NCBI GenBank assembly: GCA_003163855.1 | Contig: PLRJ01000087.1 | Location: forward strand, 177,296 to 241,295 | Direction: 5' to 3' | DNA: 64,000 bases | Origin: Bryobacterales bacterium | GTDB lineage: Bacteria > Acidobacteriota > Terriglobia > Bryobacterales > Bryobacteraceae | Shown here: positions 18,720 to 26,570 of the stretch, one piece after another | Layout of the letters: each line of letters starts with the position of its first letter | Position numbering within the stretch: position 1 is the stretch's first letter | Program-made: the position numbers and the translations under genes | The notes under the pieces: model-generated | Database searches by the model: none | The model's input: only the letters and a program-made list of their open reading frames with translations | Told to the model about the DNA's origin: nothing

Positions 18720-18745
18720 GGGTAACTAGGGGACGTCTCACTCGT
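18720..18745. repeat. Right arm, copy 2 (GGGTAACTAGGGGACGTCTCACTCGT), a direct repeat of copy 1
   Basis: Identical to 18684-18709 over 26 nt. Confidence 0.9.
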
Positions 18746-18790
18746 TTACCAGAGGGTTTCCGCGGCTTCCGCGACTGTCATCTCAACGCA

Positions 18791-19006
18791 TTGACCTCCC
18801 GCACCAACCGAACAGGGGCAAAAATTCCGCGGCAAATTCTGGACCTTCCTATACGAGCCATACCGGAGGCCATCTTCCCAAGAACCCACCACCTTTCGTT
18901 TCGCAAAACGCCCAAAACCGCCCCTTTCACCCCATCCCAAATCCCCACCGCAAAGACCCCAGCAACCTCTCGCGCCAGCACAGCCGCCTCACCCGCCGCC
19001 GCCTGA
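18791..19006 (+). other. C-rich, Pro/Thr/Ala-rich open frame ending at TGA 19004-19006, in the same frame as the downstream ORF. Status unclear: small gene, decayed 5' part of a pseudogene, or recoded.
   Basis: Strong C preference at the third position of this frame. TTG start only and no clear SD. Confidence 0.3.
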
Positions 19007-19063
19007 ACATTGCGAAAGCGCAAAGGGGGCGGTTGCGCCCCCCCAGGGAGGAAAGTCGACGAA

Positions 19064-19522
19064 ATGCAATCCCGCCGCCGAGGCGAGGAGCGGCATAAAA
19101 TCAGACGCGCCGCCGAATACTACCTCTGCTGCCAGCAGGACCCCGCCTGGACCTTCATTCCGGCCGGAATGGGGTTCGAATTTTCACTTGACGAAATGTT
19201 CACCCAGGTCGCCACCATGCAAGCAAGGAAAGAACGCGACGAGTTCCCCGAAGTGGCCATTCCCCGCCGCACCAGGAAGCTAAGAAAGGAGTACGCCGCC
19301 GAATTCGCCAAAACAAACGCCGCCAAACCCGAAATCAGGCGCGACTTCGCCTCGAACCAGACGGCACCACCCGCGCCTGCGCCCCAACTTCGCCTGTTCA
19401 ACACCCGTGGCGGCCATTCAGTCCTGCCGAAAGTCGAATTTGTTCCCCTTTCGACGGGGCCGTTTACACCGCCACTCCTGCGCCGCTTTCCCAACAAAAG
19501 CTACCGCAGACCCAATAGATAG
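19064..19522 (+). CDS. Hypothetical basic protein (152 aa from ATG 19064; the open frame extends upstream to 19010)
   Basis: Consistent C-ending codon bias through the frame. GGGAGG at 19046-19051, upstream of ATG 19064. No recognisable domain (…EYYLCCQQDPAWTFIPAGMGFEFSLDEM…). Confidence 0.45.
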   Translation: MQSRRRGEERHKIRRAAEYYLCCQQDPAWTFIPAGMGFEFSLDEMFTQVATMQARKERDEFPEVAIPRRTRKLRKEYAAEFAKTNAAKPEIRRDFASNQTAPPAPAPQLRLFNTRGGHSVLPKVEFVPLSTGPFTPPLLRRFPNKSYRRPNR

Positions 19523-19556
19523 TAAAAATCCTAATTCGTTTTCTGATAGCTTGTTA

Positions 19557-19585
19557 TTGCGACTTAACGGTTGCCAGAATATGCT
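19557..19585 (+). promoter_or_regulatory. Candidate sigma70-type promoter for the TonB-dependent receptor (TTGCGA-17 nt-TATGCT)
   Basis: Hexamers at 19557-19562 and 19580-19585 in the AT-rich spacer upstream of ATG 19653. The gene has a strong SD (AGAGGAAAAAAATG). Confidence 0.3.
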
Positions 19586-19652
19586 AGACAACATACTCGC
19601 AAAGTATTGGGAGTAACAGGGGAAACTTGATTCTCACAGTTAGAGGAAAAAA

Positions 19653-22600
19653 ATGAGGAATACAACATTAAGATGGTGTGCACACGTTTGCATCCTTCTT
19701 GCAGTTTCATTTTGCGTCTGCCTATCCGCATTCGCCCAATCCGACACCGGAACCATTTCCGGCTTTGTCAAAGATCCAACCGGCTCGGTGGTGCCAAACG
19801 CCAAAGTCTTGATTAAGAGTGAGGCAACCGGCGAAGAACACGCGGTAACTACTGATGCCTCCGGACACTACACCGTCACCAACCTGGTGCCGGGCCTTTG
19901 GAGCCTTGAAGTGCAAGTTCCGGGCTTTAAACATTTTGAAAGTAAACACAACACGCTCCAGGCGAACTCAAGCATCGAACTCGATGGCAACCTGGAAGTA
20001 GGCCAGACGACCGAAACCGTAGAGGTGACGGCAACGGCGCAAGTGCTGCAGACCGAATCGGGTTCAGTGCAAGCTGAAGTTACCGGCACGCAGATCCAGG
20101 ACCAGGAACTGAATGGCCGCAGTCCCATCTACGCGTCGCAGTTTCTTCCCGGCGTGCGCAGCAGCGGCACTCTGGGCGACTTCAACGGCGTTGGTCTTAG
20201 CGGAAATCCGTTCAGCATTAACGGTTCGCGTTCACAGGACACGTTGGTGACCGTGGATGGCGCGCCGGCCATGCGTACGCGTGCCAATGGCGCCGTAATT
20301 GGCGTTGGCGACGTGGATGCGACCCAGGAAATTCAAGTGCTGACCGCCGACTATGCGGCCGAGTATGGGCGCGCGGCGGGTGGCCAGATTCGTATGGTTA
20401 CCAAGAGTGGAACCACCGACTTTCACGGCAGTCTTTATGAGTACTTCCGGAATTCCGATTTGAACGCCAACACCTGGAGCCGGAATTTGAGTACTTCCAC
20501 AAATTTTGCGTCTCCCTTCCGCTACAACAATTTCGGATTCTCCTTCGGCGGTCCGATAGCGATTCCCGGCAAGTGGGAGAAGTTACGTCAGAAGGTTTTC
20601 GTCTTCGTGGCTAGCGAATGGACACGAGAGCGGAATACGCAGACGCAGACGCAGGCCGTTCCCACAACTCTGATGCGTCAAGGCAACTTCAGTGAATTGC
20701 TTTCGGCCAATCCCTGGTACAGCGGTGTGCACCAGATTTACAATCCTGGCACCTGCACCAAAGTGGGCGCGGCGGGATGTGTACCGATTCCGGGCAACGT
20801 CATTCCTGCCAGTCTTCTAAGCCCCAATGGCATCGCGATCCTGAATGCCTACCCGGCCGTGACACCAGGATTTCTGCAAGGAACGCAGAATTGGGTGGCG
20901 CAAGCGGCCCAGCCCATCAATCAGCGCAAGGATATCTGGAACCTGGATCTCGTTCCAAACAACAACAATCACATCGAGATCAGACGTTCAGGCTTGGCTT
21001 ACTCCGAATATGACCCGTTCGACCAGGGATCGGGCGAAACCGCCAAATACTTCAATCGTCCTAACCAGACCAATACCGTGGCTTGGACATGGACCGTTAA
21101 TCCCACGCTGATCAATGAATTGCGCACTACCTACAGCCTGGACGACGTTTACATCCCAGTGAATAAGAGCGAGATCGGGTTCAACCGGCAGAACTTGCCT
21201 GATCCGATCACCTACCCTTATTTGTTCGGCGCAAAAGACATCACGGGGAAGATTCCCACCGTCAGCTTGAACGACAACTTCTACAGTTTGGCGGGCGGTC
21301 CTTACCCGTCACACTCAGCTGGACCCATCTTCTCGGCCTCGGACAGTCTGACCAAGGTTGTGGGTAATCACACTTTGAAGTTTGGCTTCTACTTCGAATA
21401 CGCGGGCGAGAACGACGGCGACCAGATCAACGTTTCGACGGTTCCCGGAGGCAGCAACAACCAGAACGGAAACTTTGTCTTCACCGATGGCGGCACTGGA
21501 GCAACCTCGGGAGTCAGCATAGCGAACCTGGCGATGGGCTATGCCGACAGCTACACCGAAATTGGGCCGCGCGCCTTCACCATCTGGCGCAGGCCGATGT
21601 TTGAAGAGTTCGCCCAGGATTCATGGAAGGTTACGCCGAAACTCCATATCGACTACGGCGTTCGGATGACCACCGTCGTCGGCTTCCATCCGCTGTGGGG
21701 CAACGCCGACTACTTTGACGGCGCACTTTACAACGCCTCGCAGGCGGTGCAAGTCAATGCCCAGGGCAACGTGATTCTGGGAACCGGCAACCCGTACAAC
21801 GGCATTGTCATCCCCGGATTCAGCAGCTTTCCGAGTTCCGCCAATGGACGCGTGTTAGCAGCCAGTTCGAACATCTGCGATAACGCATCGTGCAACAGTC
21901 TGTTCGATCCTAATCTGCCGAAAAGCTACATAAAGAACACGAACGATTTCCAGCCGCGGCTTGGAATCGCCTATCAATTGGACGAGAAGACCGTAATTCG
22001 CGCGGGTGCTGGCGAGTTCTCCACGGCCATGCCCCTGCTGGACAACGTTTTCCCTGGCGGCAACTCGCCCTTCCAGCCCTTCGTGACGGTGCAAAACGTT
22101 AAGGTGGATAACCCAGGTGCTGCGCTAACCAGCGGCACGGCTGCACCCATTACCGTAACCACCCTGAACCCGAAACTACAACAGCCAGTGGCATGGAACT
22201 GGAACGTCACCTTCCAACGCCAACTGCCTTTGAGCTCCACTCTCTCGGTCGCTTACGTTGCGCACCGCGGCTATCACGGCTGGGATGTCTACGACATCAA
22301 TCAGGTGCAGGCCGGTACGTTGCAGGCGAATCCGACCGCGAATATCAACCAGCTGCGTCCCTACAAGGGATACGCCGCCATTCAGGAAGAGGAGAGCGTT
22401 GTTAACTCCATGTACAACAGCCTTCAAGTCTCCTGGAACCGGCGCTTCACCGCAGGCTCCATGTTCGGGGTTAGCTATACGCTTTCCAAGAGCATGGACA
22501 ACAGCTCAAACTATCGCGACATCGTTCCCGACACCTACAATACGAGCAATCTGTGGGGACCCTCCGAATATGACGCACGGCACATGGTGATCATCAATTA

Positions 22601-23171
22601 CCTGTACGCTTTGCCGTTCTTCAAGAATCACAGCACCCTGGCCGGCAAAACTCTAGGCGGATGGGAGATCGCGGGAGCTACCCAGTTCCAGACGGGCTCA
22701 CCTTGCGGCATTGGAACCAGCAACGATTTTGCGGGGGTCAGTTCAACCGACCTCGGCAGTTTCGGCTGCGGCAGTGAAGGTCAATTCTGGGTGGAGAACG
22801 GTACGCCCACCATTCTTGGCAACTTTGCAGGTGCCACAACGACGTCCAGTTCACCACGCTATTTTGCGGTAACCAATCCGAACGGTTCGGCTGTCTTCAC
22901 CCAGCCGGTAGCAGGGACATTTAACCTGCAGCCCGGCGTTCGAGATAGCATCTACCAGCCTGGTTTCCAGGATTGGAACATCTCTCTCTATAAGAAGTTC
23001 ACCATTAAAGAGAAGAACTACTTCGAATTCCGAACGGAAGCCTACGACTTCATCAACCATCCGAACTGGTCGGGTCCGAATCTGAATCCAACCTCATCGC
23101 AGTTCGGCATGATCACCAGCAAGACGGGACTCGCCCGCAACTTGCAGTTGTCGCTCCGCTACAACTTCTAA
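19653..23171 (+). CDS. TonB-dependent outer-membrane receptor with an N-terminal carboxypeptidase-regulatory-like domain
   Basis: Signal peptide. CarboxypepD_reg motif (GTISGFVKDPTGSVVPNAKVLIKSEATGEEHAVTTDASGHYTVTNLVPGLW). Plug region (…INGSRSQDTLVTVDGAP…). Long beta-barrel ending in LQLSLRYNF with a terminal aromatic residue. Confidence 0.9.
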   Translation: MRNTTLRWCAHVCILLAVSFCVCLSAFAQSDTGTISGFVKDPTGSVVPNAKVLIKSEATGEEHAVTTDASGHYTVTNLVPGLWSLEVQVPGFKHFESKHNTLQANSSIELDGNLEVGQTTETVEVTATAQVLQTESGSVQAEVTGTQIQDQELNGRSPIYASQFLPGVRSSGTLGDFNGVGLSGNPFSINGSRSQDTLVTVDGAPAMRTRANGAVIGVGDVDATQEIQVLTADYAAEYGRAAGGQIRMVTKSGTTDFHGSLYEYFRNSDLNANTWSRNLSTSTNFASPFRYNNFGFSFGGPIAIPGKWEKLRQKVFVFVASEWTRERNTQTQTQAVPTTLMRQGNFSELLSANPWYSGVHQIYNPGTCTKVGAAGCVPIPGNVIPASLLSPNGIAILNAYPAVTPGFLQGTQNWVAQAAQPINQRKDIWNLDLVPNNNNHIEIRRSGLAYSEYDPFDQGSGETAKYFNRPNQTNTVAWTWTVNPTLINELRTTYSLDDVYIPVNKSEIGFNRQNLPDPITYPYLFGAKDITGKIPTVSLNDNFYSLAGGPYPSHSAGPIFSASDSLTKVVGNHTLKFGFYFEYAGENDGDQINVSTVPGGSNNQNGNFVFTDGGTGATSGVSIANLAMGYADSYTEIGPRAFTIWRRPMFEEFAQDSWKVTPKLHIDYGVRMTTVVGFHPLWGNADYFDGALYNASQAVQVNAQGNVILGTGNPYNGIVIPGFSSFPSSANGRVLAASSNICDNASCNSLFDPNLPKSYIKNTNDFQPRLGIAYQLDEKTVIRAGAGEFSTAMPLLDNVFPGGNSPFQPFVTVQNVKVDNPGAALTSGTAAPITVTTLNPKLQQPVAWNWNVTFQRQLPLSSTLSVAYVAHRGYHGWDVYDINQVQAGTLQANPTANINQLRPYKGYAAIQEEESVVNSMYNSLQVSWNRRFTAGSMFGVSYTLSKSMDNSSNYRDIVPDTYNTSNLWGPSEYDARHMVIINYLYALPFFKNHSTLAGKTLGGWEIAGATQFQTGSPCGIGTSNDFAGVSSTDLGSFGCGSEGQFWVENGTPTILGNFAGATTTSSSPRYFAVTNPNGSAVFTQPVAGTFNLQPGVRDSIYQPGFQDWNISLYKKFTIKEKNYFEFRTEAYDFINHPNWSGPNLNPTSSQFGMITSKTGLARNLQLSLRYNF

Positions 23172-23193
23172 ACGACCTGAGCTTTACCAAACA

Positions 23194-23227
23194 AACTCCC
23201 GCGCGCCAGAAATGGTTCGCGGGAGTT
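23194..23227. terminator. Bidirectional intrinsic-terminator-like hairpin between convergent genes
   Basis: 10-bp stem, AACTCCCGCG (23194-23203) pairing with CGCGGGAGTT (23218-23227), and a 14-nt loop. Followed by ACTATTT on the plus strand. Confidence 0.6.
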
Positions 23228-23244
23228 ACTATTTGGGGCCTCGG

Positions 23245-23910
23245 TTAAGCAGCTTTCTTTTTAGGACCTGGTGTTTTCTTGGCGGCCGCCGTCTTCGCCG
23301 CAGCCTGATCGGCTGCTTTCTTTGCAGCCCAACGCTTCTTATTGGCTTCGCGAATACGTTTAATGCCCTCGGCACTTATTCTCCGCTTCACTGGAGCCGC
23401 TGCTTTAGGCTGCTTTGCCGCTTTTGCCGGACGACCGACTTTTTTCGGAGACACGGACCGTGCTCCACTGGTAACAAAGTAACGGCCATCTCTGCGTACC
23501 AGCTTCTTTTGAGCAACAAGATAACTGAGTGTGTTGTAGATAAGGTTTTTGCTGCGCGCGATCTTCCGCTCGGTAAAAACACTGTCCACTTCCTTGGGAG
23601 TGGCGCCGGCACTACCCGTCTTTTCAACAATAGCCGCAACCAGGTTAGTTTTATTGCCGGTAAACTCCACTTCTGAGAGATCCGGTGTCGCAGCAGACGT
23701 TGACAACTCTGCTGTGTGTTCTTGTGTCGGAGCCGCGTGTTCAGCCGCATGCTTGGCGGGCGTTATCGACGGGGCCACTTGCGGCGCATCCGTCTTGCCA
23801 TTCTCGACAGCAAGAACCTTCTCATAAGCCGCAAGCTCGTGTTTTTGAGCTTCTATAGATGTTGTGAGTTCCTGAATTCGTTTCTCCAGGGACTTTGTGA
23901 GTGAAGACAT
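23245..23910 (-). CDS. Coiled-coil / winged-helix-like protein with a Lys/Ala-rich histone-H1-like C-terminal tail
   Basis: I prefer the start at ATG 23910 (MSSLTKSLEKRIQELT...). Upstream ATGs at 23934/23931 are also possible. The tail is PKKVGRPAKAAKQPKAAAPVKRR...KKRWAAKKAADQAAAKTAAAKKTPGPKKKAA. Confidence 0.6.
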   Translation of the reverse strand: MSSLTKSLEKRIQELTTSIEAQKHELAAYEKVLAVENGKTDAPQVAPSITPAKHAAEHAAPTQEHTAELSTSAATPDLSEVEFTGNKTNLVAAIVEKTGSAGATPKEVDSVFTERKIARSKNLIYNTLSYLVAQKKLVRRDGRYFVTSGARSVSPKKVGRPAKAAKQPKAAAPVKRRISAEGIKRIREANKKRWAAKKAADQAAAKTAAAKKTPGPKKKAA

Positions 23911-23953
23911 GTGAATCGCTTTCTTTCCCATCATAAGCTGAATCGATATCCGA

Positions 23954-26200
23954 GTGACAATCCCTACCGCTTCTGAAACCATAAACCCGGTCTGGAGGTC
24001 CAACCAGCGCGAGAGCAAGCCCCCGGTGTTTGCTCTTTATCCGTCACTTAAAAATGGGGAGTATCACTTGGCCGAGACTGTTAAAAACACCATAAGGGAA
24101 GGTTTGCCGTTCCCACTGGGTGCTTGCTGGGATGGCAAAGGAACCAACTTTGCCGTGTTCTCGGCGAACGCGACCAAGATCGAGGTTTGCCTGTTTTCCG
24201 CCGACGGAAAGCAGGAAGTAGACAGGATTGCGTTACCCGAGTATACAGATCAGATCTGGCATGGCTATTTGCCGGATGTGACACCCGGGACCATCTACGG
24301 CTTTCGCGCCGATGGACCTTACGAGCCAGAACAGGGGTTGCGCTTCAACAGGAATAAGCTTTTACTCGATCCCTACGCTTGTGCTCACGCGGGTGAACTG
24401 ACGTGGAATCCAGCCATTTTCGGCTACCAAATGGAAACGGGAGACGATCTCACTTTCGATGAGCGCGACAGTGCAGAATTCATGCCGAAATGCTCAGTGG
24501 TAGATCCTAATTTCGATTGGACCGGTTCTAGAGGACGCAAACGCGTTCCATGGGATGACACCATCATCTATGAACTGCACGTAAAAGGCTTTACCAAGCT
24601 GCAACCTGCTGTGCCGGAGCACCTGCGCGGCACCTATGAAGGATTGGGAAATAAGGAGGTAGTGAAGTACATAAAATCCCTCGGCGTGACAACCGTCGAA
24701 CTCCTGCCGGTCCACACGTTTATAAATGACGACACTCTTCTGCAAAAGGGGTTAGCCAATTACTGGGGATACAACAGCATCGGATTTTTTGCGCCCGATC
24801 CGAGGTACGCGGCGGTTCGGGAAGACAGCTTGCGCGAGTTCAAGGAAATGGTGGCGAGGCTGCACGACGGCGGACTGGAAGTGATCCTCGACGTCGTTTA
24901 CAACCACACCGCCGAAGGCAACGAAAAAGGTCCGACGCTCTCGTTCAAGGGTTTGGACAACTCCAGCTACTACCGCCTGCTGCCGGACAAACCCCGCTTC
25001 TACATCAATGACACGGGCACCGGAAATACAGTAAACGTCAGCCATCCGAGGGTATTGCAGATGGTCACCGACAGCCTGCGCTACTGGGTGGAACAAACGA
25101 ACATAGATGGCTTTCGTTTCGATTTAGGAACCATTCTCGCGCGTGAACCCAACGGTTTCGATAACCGAAGCGGCTTTCTAAAGGCGTGTTGCCAGGACCC
25201 TGTGTTGAGAAGTGTGAAGATGATTGCCGAGCCCTGGGATTGCGGTCCAGGCGGCTATCAGGTGGGTGCCTTCCCTCCTGGCTGGGCCGAGTGGAATGAC
25301 AAATTTCGCGATACCGTGCGCGACTTCTGGAGAGGCGAAGCAACACCCTCCGCTTTGACGGCGCGCCTGTGCGGATCAGGCGATCTTTTCAATCATCAAG
25401 GCAGGCGACCGTGGTCGTCCATTAACTTCGTTACCGCTCATGATGGCTTCACGTTGAACGATGTCGCCACTTACAACGAGAAGCACAACGAGGCTAATGG
25501 GGAGGACAATAAGGACGGGAACTCGGATAATCGTTCCTGGAATTGCGGGGCTGAAGGCCCCAGTGACGACCCCGCCGTCTATAAACTGCGCGAGCGTCAG
25601 ATACGCAACATGCTATCCACGTTGCTGCTGTCGCAGGGTACTCCCATGATGCTGGCCGGCGATGAGTTCGGACGCACCCAGAAGGGCAATAACAATGCGT
25701 ATTGCCAGGACAACGAGATAAGCTGGCTCAATTGGGACATCAAGGAAAAAGGCAACTGCCTCATTAGCTTCGTCAAGAAACTAACCAGCCTGCGGCATAA
25801 ATACCCGATTCTGCGCCGCAACTTGTTTCTCACAGGTGAGTATAAAGAAGACTTGGGTGTTAAGGACGTCACCTGGATAAACGCCAACGGTAAAGAGATG
25901 GAGCAGGAGCAATGGGGCGACGGCCTCATGCGATGCTTCGGTATGTTGATGGATGGGCGGGCGCAGACTTCGGGTATTCGCCAGCGCGGGCATGAAGCTA
26001 CACTGCTGATGCTCATAAACGTTCATACCGATCTGGTCAACTTTACTCTGCCGGAGTGCGTGGGCGGAGACCGTTGGCTTGTATTGGTAGACACAAACGA
26101 ACCATGCAAGGCAGACAACGTCGAAATAAAAAGCGGCGTTGAATACGGTGTCACCTCGCACTCGCTTGTGCTTTTCCAGCTTGATTGCGAACCTGTCTAA
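23954..26200 (+). CDS. glgX: Glycogen debranching enzyme (isoamylase-type)
   Basis: PLGACWDGKGTNFAVFS, YWGYNSIGFFAPDPRY, GFRFDLGTILAR, EPWDCGPGGYQVG and FVTAHDGFTLND are GH13_11 GlgX motifs. The start is uncertain: GTG 23954, or TTG 24068 preceded by GGGGAG. Confidence 0.92.
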   Translation: MTIPTASETINPVWRSNQRESKPPVFALYPSLKNGEYHLAETVKNTIREGLPFPLGACWDGKGTNFAVFSANATKIEVCLFSADGKQEVDRIALPEYTDQIWHGYLPDVTPGTIYGFRADGPYEPEQGLRFNRNKLLLDPYACAHAGELTWNPAIFGYQMETGDDLTFDERDSAEFMPKCSVVDPNFDWTGSRGRKRVPWDDTIIYELHVKGFTKLQPAVPEHLRGTYEGLGNKEVVKYIKSLGVTTVELLPVHTFINDDTLLQKGLANYWGYNSIGFFAPDPRYAAVREDSLREFKEMVARLHDGGLEVILDVVYNHTAEGNEKGPTLSFKGLDNSSYYRLLPDKPRFYINDTGTGNTVNVSHPRVLQMVTDSLRYWVEQTNIDGFRFDLGTILAREPNGFDNRSGFLKACCQDPVLRSVKMIAEPWDCGPGGYQVGAFPPGWAEWNDKFRDTVRDFWRGEATPSALTARLCGSGDLFNHQGRRPWSSINFVTAHDGFTLNDVATYNEKHNEANGEDNKDGNSDNRSWNCGAEGPSDDPAVYKLRERQIRNMLSTLLLSQGTPMMLAGDEFGRTQKGNNNAYCQDNEISWLNWDIKEKGNCLISFVKKLTSLRHKYPILRRNLFLTGEYKEDLGVKDVTWINANGKEMEQEQWGDGLMRCFGMLMDGRAQTSGIRQRGHEATLLMLINVHTDLVNFTLPECVGGDRWLVLVDTNEPCKADNVEIKSGVEYGVTSHSLVLFQLDCEPV

Positions 26201-26201
26201 T

Positions 26202-26570
26202 GTGGAACCTGGCGATATTCTGAAGGAACTGCAAGTTCGAGAGCCGATTTTTCATCGGCCGGAATTCGGAACATCGAGATCCGATTTGGAAAAAATGATG
26301 GCCCCTGAGTTCTGGGAGGTGGGAGCGTCAGGGAAACGATATGACCGCAAGTTTGTGCTGGATCTGCTGGAGGAGCGTCACGCCAACCCGGTTTCGGAGC
26401 AACTGGAAGCGGGCGATTTCCGCTGTCAACAGTTGGCGGTGGATCTCTTCCTGTTGACTTACACGCTGGTCCAGGAAGGAAGCAGGAAAACACGGCGTAC
26501 AACGATCTGGAGGCGCACCCCCGAGGGTTGGCAGATCGTGTTCCATCAGGGAACAATCGTCCAGGACTAA
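26202..26570 (+). CDS. DUF4440 / NTF2-like (SnoaL-like) protein
   Basis: I prefer the start at GTG 26202, 2 nt after the glgX stop. The pattern FHRPEFG...EFWEVGASGKRYDR...W..T.EGWQIVFHQGT is typical of DUF4440. Confidence 0.6.
   Translation: MEPGDILKELQVREPIFHRPEFGTSRSDLEKMMAPEFWEVGASGKRYDRKFVLDLLEERHANPVSEQLEAGDFRCQQLAVDLFLLTYTLVQEGSRKTRRTTIWRRTPEGWQIVFHQGTIVQD

Noticed and set aside
18683-18745. The repeat units as integron attC sites or a CRISPR-like array
   Set aside because: The GGGTAAC/GTTACCC ends do not fit the attC core consensus (RYYYAAC / GTTRRRY), and no intI is present. There are only two and a half direct copies with no spacers, and no cas genes.
19004-19044. TGA plus a downstream stem-loop read as a selenocysteine codon with a SECIS element. 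A formate dehydrogenase gene is in the window.
   Set aside because: The context (…SPAAA-TGA-TLRKRKGGG…) is low-complexity with no redox motif. The hairpin loop sits further from the UGA than in the E. coli fdhF SECIS as I remember it. No selA/selB/selC/selD genes are visible here. I kept it only as a generic recoding-or-pseudogene question.
19160-19185. A GGGGTTCGAATTT string resembling a tRNA T-arm
   Set aside because: There is no complementary acceptor or T-stem partner and no D-arm or anticodon-arm context. It lies inside a coding-like frame.
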